The notes under the pieces: model-generated | Database searches by the model: none | What the model was told of the DNA's origin: nothing | The model's input: the letters and a program-made list of their open reading frames with translations, nothing else | Position numbers and translations under genes: made by a program | Assembly (NCBI GenBank): GCA_049967655.1 | Contig: JBMFSH010000012.1 | Location: forward strand, 11,746 to 75,745 | Length of the DNA: 64,000 bases | Reading direction: 5' to 3' | Source: Acidobacteriota bacterium | GTDB lineage: Bacteria; Acidobacteriota; UBA4820; DSQY01 | Shown: piece by piece, positions 36,908-46,622 of the stretch | Layout: each line of letters starts with the position of its first letter | Numbering within the stretch: the first letter of the stretch is position 1

Positions 36908-37603
36908 ATGGCACTGAGGGTTAAGAGAAGAACAGTATCCGATTTCGTTAGGCGAAAGGTCATTCACCTCGCGGGCAACCGGTGCTCGTTTTGCCCGGAG
37001 GACGACGTTAGCATCCTGCAACCGCACCACCTCACCGCTGTTTCCGAGGGCGGTTCCGACGACTGGGAGAACTAGATCGCAGTGTGTCCAACCTGCCACG
37101 AAAAGATCCACAGGGGAACGATATCTACTGCTGAGGCCCTTGCCAGAAAGGCCCTGCAGCCGGTGCCGTCAACTCGCCGCGAGCAAAGCAAGGGCACGGC
37201 GCCTATCGTGGAGATCCAAGGCGACTTGCATCAAAGCACGGTGGCTGTGGGTGCCACCGTGAACATCCGGACCAGTGGTCGAGGGAAGCCGAAGCTACTG
37301 CCGGCACCGGACTCCCTGGGGGCAGCGCCCTGTAAGCTTCGATATTGCCGCTATCTAGTCGACAGATACCATGAATTCAAGCGATCAGAAGTGGGAAAGG
37401 ACCAGATAAACTACGCGATTCTCCACGGTTCCATCAAGAGGGAATTCAAGGCCGCCCTTCCGAACATTCCGGCGCACCGCTTCGAAGATGTAGCGGAGTA
37501 TCTGCAAGGCAGAATCCTAAAGAGCAAGGTTGGCCGCAATCTCAACGCTAAAGGGCAGAAAGTGTTTGAGGACTTCGAGGAATTCCGTCAAAGGCACTGC
37601 TGA
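36908..37603 (+). pseudogene. HNH endonuclease with helical C-terminal domain, in-frame TAG at 37073-37075
   Basis: SD GAGGAGG plus ATG 36908. MALRVKRR...RCSFC...HHLTAVSEGGSDDWEN*IAVCPTCHEKIH continues in frame into ORF 37082-37603. Confidence 0.85.
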
Positions 37604-37670
37604 CCGCGGCGACGGCCTGGGGTGGCCCCGTATGGTGCATCTCGCCCGCCCCGCAGGGGCGGCATGCGTC

Positions 37671-37787
37671 CCGACGCCGGTGGGCCTTATGTGAGGAAGG
37701 TGAGGTGACCACACCGCGAGCGTACTCAAGGTACGCTGAGGATGTGGGCGCCGACGCCTGACGACACAGAAGGTCCGCCGCCGTCGG
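37671..37787 (+). repeat. 117-bp imperfect long inverted repeat (MITE/REP-like or structured RNA)
   Basis: Terminal arms match 19/23; central hairpin AGCGTAC-TCAAG-GTACGCT. Confidence 0.6.
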
Positions 37788-38089
37788 CGCACTCTTCGAG
37801 GGGGTGGGGACGGTCCTTCGAAGGCACGAGAGCCGGCCGCCCGAAGGGCGTGCCAGGACGCGCGCGGCGGCGGGGAGGAAGGCGCGGGGGCAGGAGATGC
37901 CGAGACCCCGAGTCAGGAAACCGCTGGAGGAGGCCACGGGGTGACGCTCCATGCTGGAGCGCCTTTCGCCCCGGTGGCGCCGCGTCTTGGCCAGGGCGCC
38001 GGAGGCGCCCGGCGGCTCGCCGCGGTGAGGCGGGAGCCCCTTTGACGCATCGCGCCGGGGAGGGCTCCTGCGAGGCGCCGGCGAGGGGC

Positions 38090-39439
38090 CTACCGCTCGA
38101 GCTTGCCCTTGAGGACGCCGGCGGCGACGAGGAGCGGGTCCCAGACGGGGGCGAAGGGCGGCGCGTAGGCGAGGTCGAGCATGGAGAGCTCCTCCACCTT
38201 CATCCCGCAGGTCAGCGCGGCGGCGAGGGTGTCGACGCGCCCCTTGGTCCCCTCCGGGCCGCAGACCTGCCCGCCCAGCAGGCGCCCGCGCCGGTCGGCG
38301 GTGAGGTGAACGAGGACGCCGCCACCGCCGGGGTAGTAACCCGCGCGGCTGCCCGCTTCGATCCAGGCCTCAACGGGGTCGAAGCCCGCCTCCCGGGCCT
38401 GGGCCGGGTCCAAACCGGTGACGCCCACCTCCAGGCCGAAGGCCCGCGTGATAGCCGTGCCCACCACGCCGGGAAAGCGCTCGCGCCCGCCGGCGATGTT
38501 GGTGCCCGCCACCCGGCCCATCTTGTTGGCCGTCGTGCCCAGGGGGATGTAGACGGGCCGGCCCGTCACCAGGTGGCGGACCTCGCAGCAGTCCCCCGCC
38601 GCCCAGACGCCGTGCACCCCCGTGGCGCAGGTCTCGTCCACCTGGATGGCGCCGTTTCGGGCCAGCGGGACCGGCGAGCCGCGCAGGAAATCGGTGGCGG
38701 GCCTCACCCCCGTGGCGATGAGGAAGAGGTCGGCGGCGAGCTCGCCCCGGTCGGTGCGCAGGGCCAGGAGGCGGCCGTTCGCGCCCAGCGCCTCCAGCAC
38801 CTGTGTCTCCAAGAGGAGGCGGACGCCGCGCTCCTCCAGCTCCCGCAGGAGGCGGTCGCGCAGCGGCTCCACCAGGTTCTTGAGGAGGCGCGTGGAGCGG
38901 TTGATGAGGGTCACCGCCATGCCTCGGGCGGCGAAGTTCTCGGCCATCTCCAGGGCGATGTAGCCCGTGCCCCAGATGAGCGCCGAGCGGGGGCGGACCG
39001 CCTCGATGAAGGTGGTGAGGCGGCGGCCGTCGGGCAGGTCGTGGAGCGTGAAGAGGTTGTCGCCCGAAAGGCCGCGCAGATCGGGCAGCACCGGTGTGCT
39101 CCCCGTGCTGATGAGGAGGGCGTCGTAGTCCTCCTCGGCGGTCCGGCCGGAGGCCAGGTCCTCCACGCGGACCCGCTTCTTGCCCTCCATGAGCTCCACG
39201 ACTCGCTGGCGCAGGCGCACCTCGATGCCGCGCCGCTGGATCTCCTCGGGGTCCAGGGCGCTCAGGTCGTCGAAGCTCGGCGTGATGCCCCCCACCACGT
39301 AGGGCAGGCCGCAGGCGCCGTAGGAGAGGTCGGGCCCCGCCTCGAGGACGGTGGCCTCCCACTCGGGCCGCATCCGCCGGAGCTTGCTTGCCGCGCTCAT
39401 GCCAGCCGCCATTCCCCCGATCACGAGCAATTTGGGCAT
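38090..39439 (-). CDS. CoA-disulfide reductase / NADH oxidase family flavoprotein
   Basis: IGGMAAGMSAA, SYGACGLPY, AAGDC, PLGTTANKMGR, LDLAYAPPF. Confidence 0.92.
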   Translation of the reverse strand: MPKLLVIGGMAAGMSAASKLRRMRPEWEATVLEAGPDLSYGACGLPYVVGGITPSFDDLSALDPEEIQRRGIEVRLRQRVVELMEGKKRVRVEDLASGRTAEEDYDALLISTGSTPVLPDLRGLSGDNLFTLHDLPDGRRLTTFIEAVRPRSALIWGTGYIALEMAENFAARGMAVTLINRSTRLLKNLVEPLRDRLLRELEERGVRLLLETQVLEALGANGRLLALRTDRGELAADLFLIATGVRPATDFLRGSPVPLARNGAIQVDETCATGVHGVWAAGDCCEVRHLVTGRPVYIPLGTTANKMGRVAGTNIAGGRERFPGVVGTAITRAFGLEVGVTGLDPAQAREAGFDPVEAWIEAGSRAGYYPGGGGVLVHLTADRRGRLLGGQVCGPEGTKGRVDTLAAALTCGMKVEELSMLDLAYAPPFAPVWDPLLVAAGVLKGKLER

Positions 39440-39561
39440 CGTGTCACCTCCCGCGCACCGCCGTGAGGGCCGCGCGCCTCCTTATTGTACCCTCGGTCCT
39501 ACGGATATCGCGAGTTCGCGCCGCCCTTGTCCCGCGGCTCTTGCCTGGCTATGCTGGCGGG

Positions 39562-40338
39562 ATGAAGGAATTTCGGCGCTTCCACCCGATGACGCCCGCC
39601 GAGGTGCGGGAGAGGCTTGAGCACGAGGCTCCCGAGGAGCTGTGGTCGGCGGGAGAGCCCCTGGCCGGCGGCCGGGGGACGGCCCGGCTGCTCGATGTGG
39701 CCGGTCAGCGGGTGATCCTGAAGCGGGAGCGGCGGGGCGGGCTGGCGGGGCGCATCCTTCCCGATTTCTATCTGCTGGAGGGCCCTTTCCTCGCCGAGTG
39801 GGAGATGGCCTGCCGGCTGGCGGAGGCGAAGCTGGCACCCCAGCCCTACGCCCAGGTGTTCCGCCCGGCGGGACCCCTGTTCGCCGTCTTCACCCTCTCG
39901 CGGGCGGTCCCTCAGGCGCCTTCCCTCCTGGGGCTCTGGACGGAGGGGCGGCTGGGGCCGGAGCAGCTCCGGACGGCCGGGGCGGCGGTGGGCCGGCTCC
40001 ACCGGGCCGGCCTGCTCCACGGCGATCTCAACGCCGGCAACCTGCTGCTGGACGAGGGGGGGGCGGCGCTCTTCCTGGACCTGCGCCACTCCAGGCTCGA
40101 GCCCGGTCCGCCACCCGCCGGCCCCAGGGGCCGCAACCTCCTGCGCCTGAGCCGCTCCCTGCACAAGCTCCACTACCTGCGCTCCCTGCCCTGGCCCGAA
40201 GGCTGCTGGGAGGCCCTGGCGGATGGCTACGCCACCGGCTGGGGCGAGCGCGAGCCCTGGCTGACGGAGTGGATCGCCCGCAGCCGCCGCGGATTCGGCC
40301 TCTCCCATCTGGGCTGGAGACTGCTGAGGGGAAGCTGA
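39562..40338 (+). CDS. Lipopolysaccharide kinase (Kdo/WaaP family, KdkA-like)
   Basis: GGRG, LKRERRGGL, LHRAGLLHGDLNAGNLL, FLDL, NLLRLSRSLHK. Confidence 0.8.
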   Translation: MKEFRRFHPMTPAEVRERLEHEAPEELWSAGEPLAGGRGTARLLDVAGQRVILKRERRGGLAGRILPDFYLLEGPFLAEWEMACRLAEAKLAPQPYAQVFRPAGPLFAVFTLSRAVPQAPSLLGLWTEGRLGPEQLRTAGAAVGRLHRAGLLHGDLNAGNLLLDEGGAALFLDLRHSRLEPGPPPAGPRGRNLLRLSRSLHKLHYLRSLPWPEGCWEALADGYATGWGEREPWLTEWIARSRRGFGLSHLGWRLLRGS

Positions 40339-40358
40339 CGTAAAGAGCCTGGGAGCGC

Positions 40359-41606
40359 TCAGGCCTCCACGAGCTGGGCGGCGAGTCCCTCGCTCCCGAC
40401 CGACCGGAGGGCCACCGTCACGAAGCGGTTCGGCTCCTCGGGGCGGGGAAGGGCGACGTGGAGGAAGTTCTCAGTGAGCGCCCGGCCCCGATCCGCCGCC
40501 GGGGCCAGGGTCAGGGCGGACAGGGGGCGGCCCACGAACCGGGCCGCGAAGGCAAGGCGCTTGTGTTCTCCGAGCGCCCGGACGCGGCGGGTCCTCTCCG
40601 CGGCCTCCCGCTGGGGGATGGAGGGCATGGCTGCCGCGGCGGTTCCGGGCCTGGGCGAATAGGTGAAGGCGTGGACGAAGGCGACGGGGGAGCGCTCCAG
40701 GAGGGCCAGGGTCGCCTCGAAATCGGTCGGGCTCTCCGTGGGAAACCCCACCAGCACGTCGGCGCCGATGCCCACGCCCGGCACCTCCTCCGCGAGCGCC
40801 CGGAGCTGCTCCTCGTAGAAGGCCGCGCGGTAGTTGCGGCGCATGGCCCTCAGGACGGTATCGGAACCGCTCTGGAGGGGGACCTGGAGGTGCTTGGCGA
40901 GGGCCGCCTCCCGGCGCATGAGCGACCGGATTCCCGGCGTAACCGCCCGGGGTTCGACGGAGTTGAGGCGGATGCGGTACCGCCCCGGCACCGCGAGGAG
41001 CCGCTCCAGCAGTCCCTCCAGGCCTCCCCGGAAACCGTTATCCTTGCCGTATTCCCCGGTGTTCACGCCGGTGAGAACCACCTCCCGATACCCCACATCC
41101 AGTAGGGCCCGAAAATCCTCCACCACCACTTCCACCGGGACGGAGCGGGAAGGGCCGCGCACCGAGGGGATGATGCAGTAGGTGCAGGGGAAGTTGCAGC
41201 CTTCCTGGACCTTGAGAAAGGCCCGCGTGCGATCGCCGAAGTGGGGGACGCAGGCGTGCCCTCTCCCCCCCTCAGAACCGGCGACCCGGTCCAGAAAGGC
41301 CGCGAGATCCTCATCGGTGGCCAAGACCTCGTCCACCTCCGGCATGGCCCTGTAGGGCGTCTGGTCCCGCCGCACGGAGCAGCCCATGACCGCGAGCAGG
41401 GCGTGGGGGTTGCGCCTTCGCAGGCACCGAAGAGCCTGCCTCGCCTCACGGTCCGCCTTGTGGGTCACGGTGCAGGTGTTCAGGAGGATGAGGTCGGCCT
41501 CTTCGGGACGCCGGGCCTCCTCGCAGTGGGGCCGCATGCGCCCAGCCGCCCTCGCCGAATCGGCCTGGTTCAGTTTACAGCCCAGCGTAAGGATGGCGAC
41601 CTTCAG
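40359..41606 (-). CDS. mtaB: tRNA t6A37 methylthiotransferase (radical SAM, MtaB-like)
   Basis: TLGCKLNQADS, NTCTVT, RTRAFLKVQEGCNFPCTYCIIP, HAFTYSPRPGT. Start inferred at CTG 41606. Confidence 0.88.
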   Translation of the reverse strand: MKVAILTLGCKLNQADSARAAGRMRPHCEEARRPEEADLILLNTCTVTHKADREARQALRCLRRRNPHALLAVMGCSVRRDQTPYRAMPEVDEVLATDEDLAAFLDRVAGSEGGRGHACVPHFGDRTRAFLKVQEGCNFPCTYCIIPSVRGPSRSVPVEVVVEDFRALLDVGYREVVLTGVNTGEYGKDNGFRGGLEGLLERLLAVPGRYRIRLNSVEPRAVTPGIRSLMRREAALAKHLQVPLQSGSDTVLRAMRRNYRAAFYEEQLRALAEEVPGVGIGADVLVGFPTESPTDFEATLALLERSPVAFVHAFTYSPRPGTAAAAMPSIPQREAAERTRRVRALGEHKRLAFAARFVGRPLSALTLAPAADRGRALTENFLHVALPRPEEPNRFVTVALRSVGSEGLAAQLVEA

Positions 41607-42646
41607 GGCTTGCCTCCTGCCCCTCCCTGGACGGCCGGGGCTGAGCCCCCCTGCGGAGCTTCGGGGGCCTTGGGTTGGGCGGCCGCGGCCGCCTCCCTGT
41701 CGATCTGGGCCCGGAGAGCGTCGATCTCGCTCTGGTGGGTTCCGAAGCGCTCGGCCATCACGAGCTCCGCCTGGGCCTCCTTGAACTTCTTCTGGCGCAG
41801 GTCCAGCTTGGCGAGAACCAGGTGGGCCTCGGGACCCTCGGAGGCCCTCAGGGAGGCCATGAGCAGGCGCCTGGCTTCGATCAGGCGCCCCGACTCCATC
41901 CGGATCTCGGCCAGCGTGAGAAGCCCCAGGTAGGCCTTCGGGTAGCTCTTCTTCTCCAGGCTCTCCAGGATGCCGGCGCTCTCCGTTGTGCGGCCGGTGT
42001 CCTTCAGAACCACCGCCAGGCAGCACTTGGCGTCGTCGTAATCGGGCTCTAGCTCCACCGCCTTGCGGAAATAGACCTCTTGAAGGAGGGGGTCCGGGGA
42101 GATTCGCCCCCGGATGTAGCTCTCGAAGGCCTGGGGGCTCACCTTGGGAGGCCCCGCCCAGGGCTTGTCCAGCACCGTGAAGACGTCGTGCCCCAGCTTG
42201 CCGGTGAGGTCCAGCAGGCCCTGGAGGTCCTCCTCCTCGTCCCAGCCGTTCAGGCGCCTGAGGTTGCCCCTGAGGTCGTAGGCGTCCAGGTGCACCGACA
42301 GGGTCGTGTCGGTGACCGAGTAGCGGCCGAAGAAGAGGACCCCGGCGCCGAGCTGGCGGGCCAAGGCCACGGCGGCGGGCAGATCGAAGGTGGGATCCTC
42401 CACCAGCCCCTCCTGCTCGAAGAGCCGTTTGAGGTTGTCGTACGGGATGTTGGCGACGCCGCCCCGCGTGAGGGACTCGTCCAGGGCCACCGCCAGCCCG
42501 GTCCCGATCCAGCTCGCCGAGACGGGCCCGCTGGTCTGGGCCGGAGGGAAGACGAGCACCCGCTGGGCAAGGAGCGGGGGGCATCCGAGGAGCACAAGGG
42601 CCGTCACGATGAGCCATCTCTTCACGCCATTGTTCGAGGGGTTCAT
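41603..42646 (-). CDS. Exported TolB-N/TPR-like protein
   Basis: Signal peptide, alpha/beta N-terminal domain, TPR-like helices (FRKAVELEPDY, EAHLVLAKL). Confidence 0.75.
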   Translation of the reverse strand: MNPSNNGVKRWLIVTALVLLGCPPLLAQRVLVFPPAQTSGPVSASWIGTGLAVALDESLTRGGVANIPYDNLKRLFEQEGLVEDPTFDLPAAVALARQLGAGVLFFGRYSVTDTTLSVHLDAYDLRGNLRRLNGWDEEEDLQGLLDLTGKLGHDVFTVLDKPWAGPPKVSPQAFESYIRGRISPDPLLQEVYFRKAVELEPDYDDAKCCLAVVLKDTGRTTESAGILESLEKKSYPKAYLGLLTLAEIRMESGRLIEARRLLMASLRASEGPEAHLVLAKLDLRQKKFKEAQAELVMAERFGTHQSEIDALRAQIDREAAAAAQPKAPEAPQGGSAPAVQGGAGGKP

Positions 42647-43974
42647 GGTCGTCCTTTCGGTGAGCGGGCCGCGGCCCGCTTTCGGCGCTCCCGCCAGGTC
42701 TCCATCCACTGCCCTATGCGGGCCTCGAAGCCCGCCTCGCCGGGAACATAGTACCGCCTTCCGGCGAGCTGCGGGGGCAGGCACTGGAGGTCCGCGATCC
42801 CTTCGGGCTCATCGTGGGCGTAGCGGTAGCCCTGGCCGTATCCCGCCTCCTCCATGAGCCGGGTCGGTGCGTTCCTGAGGGCCATGGGAACGGGATAGCG
42901 GTGGCCCTTGCGGAGGTCGGCGGCCACCGCCTGCTGGGCCACGTAGACGCGGTTCGACTTGGGAGCCACGGCCACGTAGACCGTGGCCTGCGCCAGGGCC
43001 AGCGCGCCCTCCGGCATCCCCAGGAAGTCGATGGCCTCTTTCGCGTCCAGGGCCCTGCGCAGGGCCTGCGGATCGGCCGTACCCACGTCCTCGGAGGCGG
43101 CGCGGACGAGCCGCCGGGCGAGGTAGAGCGGCTCTTCCCCGCCCTCCAGCATCCGGAAAAGCCAGTAGAGGGCGGCGTCGGGATCCGAGTTGCGGATGGA
43201 CTTGTGGTAGGCGCTGATGAGGTTGTAGTGCTCCTCCCCGCCCCAGTCGTAGAGCACCCGGCCGCTCGTGAGCCAGGCCCTGGCCTCCGCCGGCTCCATG
43301 GAGGAGTCCGCCGGATACTGGAGGGCCAGCGCCTCCAGCGCGTTCAGCGCGAACCGGGCATCGCCGGCGGCCATCCGGGCCAGCTCCTGAAGCACGCTCT
43401 CGGGAACGGCCCGGCCCTTCTCGGCCAGGATGGCGTCCTCCCCCTGGACGCGCCTGAGAACGGACAGGATGTGCTCCTCCGACAGGGGGGCCAGGGTGAC
43501 CACCCGGCATCGGGAGAGCAGGGCCGGCGTGAGGTGGAAGGAGGGGTTCTCGGTGGTGGTGCCCAAAAGGATCACGGAACCCTCCTCGAGGTAGGGCAGG
43601 AAGGCGTCCTGCTGGGCCTTGTTGAAGCGGTGGATCTCGTCGATGAAGAGGATGGTCGGGGTGCCCTCGCCGCGCCAGCGGGTGCGCGCGCGCTCCATCA
43701 CCTCCCGGACCTCCTTCAGGGTGGATAAAACGGCCGAGAGGCCCACGAAGGGCCTCCGGCTGTGACGTTCGATGATTCGCGCGAGGGTGGTCTTTCCCGC
43801 CCCCGGGGGGCCCCAGAGGATGGTGCTCGCGAGGCTGTCCGAGGCGAGGGCGCGACCCGTCGGCGTCTCGGGGCCGACGACCGCATCCAGCCCCACCAGG
43901 TCCTCCCAGCGCTTCGGGCGGGCCCTCTCCGCCAGCGGCGGAGCCTCACCCTCGGAGCGGAAGAGGGAGGTCAT
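42643..43974 (-). CDS. rarA: Replication-associated recombination protein A (MgsA)
   Basis: [50 protein letters not shown]. Confidence 0.96.
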   Translation of the reverse strand: MTSLFRSEGEAPPLAERARPKRWEDLVGLDAVVGPETPTGRALASDSLASTILWGPPGAGKTTLARIIERHSRRPFVGLSAVLSTLKEVREVMERARTRWRGEGTPTILFIDEIHRFNKAQQDAFLPYLEEGSVILLGTTTENPSFHLTPALLSRCRVVTLAPLSEEHILSVLRRVQGEDAILAEKGRAVPESVLQELARMAAGDARFALNALEALALQYPADSSMEPAEARAWLTSGRVLYDWGGEEHYNLISAYHKSIRNSDPDAALYWLFRMLEGGEEPLYLARRLVRAASEDVGTADPQALRRALDAKEAIDFLGMPEGALALAQATVYVAVAPKSNRVYVAQQAVAADLRKGHRYPVPMALRNAPTRLMEEAGYGQGYRYAHDEPEGIADLQCLPPQLAGRRYYVPGEAGFEARIGQWMETWRERRKRAAARSPKGRP

Positions 43975-43998
43975 GGGCTGCCTCCGGCCGGGAGAGCT

Positions 43999-44586
43999 CT
44001 AAGCCTGGTCGCCGGGCTTTCCCTCGCTCGGTTCCGGGGCCGGCTCCGCGGCCTGCTCGGGTGCGGCCTCGGGCTTCGTGGCTTCCTCGGCCGCCGCGGC
44101 CTTGGGTTTTCTGGGGGCGCGGGCCTTCTTCTTTGCAGCGGCCTCTTCGGCGGGCGGTTCCGGCGCGGTCTTCGCGGCCTTCTCGCCCTTCCCCTTGCCC
44201 TTGCCCTTCTTGGCCTCTTCAAGCTTGGGCTCACGGTCCACGAGCTCGATGAGTGCGACCTGCGCCCCGTCGCCCTTGCGGAACCCTAGCTTCACGATGC
44301 GGGTGTAGCCCCCGGGGCGCTGCGCATAGAGTGGTCCGAGCGTGGAGAAGAGCTTCTTCAGAACCGCGGGGTCCTGGATGTGCCGGGCGGCCGTCCGCCG
44401 GGCGTGGAGCGTGTCCTTCTTGGCCAGGGTGATGAGGCGCTCGACGAAACGGCGGAGCTCCTTGGCCTTCTCGAGGGTGGTCTGGATCCGGTCATGCCGC
44501 ACCAGGCTCGCGGCCTGGTTGCGGAGCATGGCGATCCGGTGTTCAGTGGTGCGGCCGAGCTTTCGATGGTCTATCTGATGGCGCAT
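43999..44586 (-). CDS. rplQ: 50S ribosomal protein L17 with Ala/Lys/Glu/Pro-rich C-terminal tail
   Basis: [23 protein letters not shown]. Confidence 0.96.
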   Translation of the reverse strand: MRHQIDHRKLGRTTEHRIAMLRNQAASLVRHDRIQTTLEKAKELRRFVERLITLAKKDTLHARRTAARHIQDPAVLKKLFSTLGPLYAQRPGGYTRIVKLGFRKGDGAQVALIELVDREPKLEEAKKGKGKGKGEKAAKTAPEPPAEEAAAKKKARAPRKPKAAAAEEATKPEAAPEQAAEPAPEPSEGKPGDQA

Positions 44587-44593
44587 AGCGTCC

Positions 44594-45541
44594 TCACACG
44601 TTCATGCCAAGGGTCAGGTTCATCTCCTCAAGGGCGGCCGAGACCTCCTTGAGGGATTTCTCGCCAAAGCCCTTGACGCTTCGCAAATCCCCCTCGGTCT
44701 TCTTGACCAGGTCCCTGAGCGTCTGGAACTTCATAGCCCCGAGCCTCTTGGCCACGCCCTCCGAGACGTTTAACTCGGCGATGGGGCGGGAGAGCAGGCG
44801 CTCCAGTTCGTTCGGATCGGCGAGCTTGGTCCCCTGCGGGATGACCGCCGCGTCCGGCCCCGTGAGGGCGGCGAACAGCTCCATGTGCGCCGTCAACAGA
44901 CGCGAAGCCCTGGCCACGGCGTCCTGGGGAGTGATGGCCCCGTTGGTCCACACCTCGAGCTTCAGGCGTTCGTAGTCGGTGGCCTCCCCGACGCGCGTTT
45001 CGGTCACCTCGTAGTTCACCTTCCGCACCGGAGAATGGATGGAGTCGATGGCGATGAAGTTGGGATCCGCGACGCCGTTCGCCTCCGCCGGAACGTAGCC
45101 GCGCCCCTTGTTGAGCAGGAGCTCCATGGTGAGAGAGCCCTCCTCGTTGAGCGTGGCGACGGGGGCGTCGGGGTTCAGGATCCGGATGGTGCCGTCGTGC
45201 TGGATGTCCTTGGCCGTCACCGTCGCGGGGCCCTTGACCGACAGGCGGAGGGTCTTGGGGTCGTCGGAGTGCTGGATGAACTGGATGGCCTTGAGGTTCA
45301 AGACGATGTCCGTCACGTCCTCGATCACGCCGGGGACGGAGGTGAACTCGTGCAGGATCCCCTCGATCCGCACCGCCGTGAGCGCCGCCCCTTCGATGGA
45401 GGAGAGGAGGATCCGCCGCAGCGTGTTGCCGAGCGTGATGCCCCACCCCCGCTCGAGGGGCTGTGCCACGAACTCGCCGTAGCGGTCCGTGAGGGTTTCT
45501 ATGTTGCACTCGATGAGAGTGGGCATTTGAAAGTCTTGCAT
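44594..45541 (-). CDS. rpoA: RNA polymerase alpha subunit
   Basis: [46 protein letters not shown]. Confidence 0.97.
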   Translation of the reverse strand: MQDFQMPTLIECNIETLTDRYGEFVAQPLERGWGITLGNTLRRILLSSIEGAALTAVRIEGILHEFTSVPGVIEDVTDIVLNLKAIQFIQHSDDPKTLRLSVKGPATVTAKDIQHDGTIRILNPDAPVATLNEEGSLTMELLLNKGRGYVPAEANGVADPNFIAIDSIHSPVRKVNYEVTETRVGEATDYERLKLEVWTNGAITPQDAVARASRLLTAHMELFAALTGPDAAVIPQGTKLADPNELERLLSRPIAELNVSEGVAKRLGAMKFQTLRDLVKKTEGDLRSVKGFGEKSLKEVSAALEEMNLTLGMNV

Positions 45542-45563
45542 GGGCTTCCGCTCTCCTTAGGCC

Positions 45564-46190
45564 TTACTTCGAGTAGAGCTCGATGATGAGCTGCTCTTCG
45601 ATGGGATAGGTGACGTCGGCCCGCTGGGGCTCCCGGACCACGCGACCCTTGAGGTTCTCCCGGTCCAGCTCCAGCCACTCGGGGACGCCCCGGCCGCTGG
45701 AGGATTCTACGGAGGCGAGCAGGAAGACGTTCTTGGCGAGGTTGGCGGCGAGGCCGATCTCGTCCCCGGGGCGCACCTGGTAGTTGGCCACGTTCACCCG
45801 CCTGCCGTTCACGCGGATGTGACCGTGGGAGACCCACTGCCGCGCCTGCTGGCGGGAGGAGGCAAAACCGAGGCGGTAGACCACGTTGTCCAGGCGCTTT
45901 TCGAGCAGACCGATCAGGTTCTCGCCAGTGACGCCGCGGAGCCGGTCGGCCTCCTTGAAGTAGTTGCGGAACTGTTGCTCGAGGACGCCGTAGATCCTCT
46001 TCATCTTCTGCTTCTCGCGGAGCTGGAGGCCGTAGCCCTTGAGCTTCCCGCGACGCCTCGCGTGCTGACCTGGGGGCGTGTTCCTCTTCTCGATGGCGCA
46101 CTTCTCCTTGAAGCAGCGGTCGCCCTTGAGGAAGAGCTTGACGGCATCCCGGCGGCAAAGACGGCAAACGGCAGCATGGTACCGAGCCAA
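45564..46190 (-). CDS. rpsD: 30S ribosomal protein S4
   Basis: CRLCRR, LREKQK, RLDNVVYRLG, IIELYSK. Confidence 0.97.
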   Translation of the reverse strand: MARYHAAVCRLCRRDAVKLFLKGDRCFKEKCAIEKRNTPPGQHARRRGKLKGYGLQLREKQKMKRIYGVLEQQFRNYFKEADRLRGVTGENLIGLLEKRLDNVVYRLGFASSRQQARQWVSHGHIRVNGRRVNVANYQVRPGDEIGLAANLAKNVFLLASVESSSGRGVPEWLELDRENLKGRVVREPQRADVTYPIEEQLIIELYSK

Positions 46191-46205
46191 GGCAGTCCTC
46201 CTATC

Positions 46206-46601
<396 letters not shown>

Positions 46602-46622
46602 GAATCTTCTCCTTGCAACCGC

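Noticed and set aside
33924..37603. Genome-wide TAG reassignment or pyrrolysine as the explanation for the amber codons
   Set aside because: Many core genes here end at TAG in the expected place (glnA, tuf, fusA, aspS, rpsH), and no pyl genes or suppressor tRNA are visible in this window.
40359..42617. 752-aa fusion containing MtaB
   Set aside because: The upstream part is an off-frame read of the TPR gene.
43999..44240. L17 C-terminal extension as a novel domain
   Set aside because: Low-complexity Ala/Lys/Glu/Pro tails on L17 are common in several phyla.
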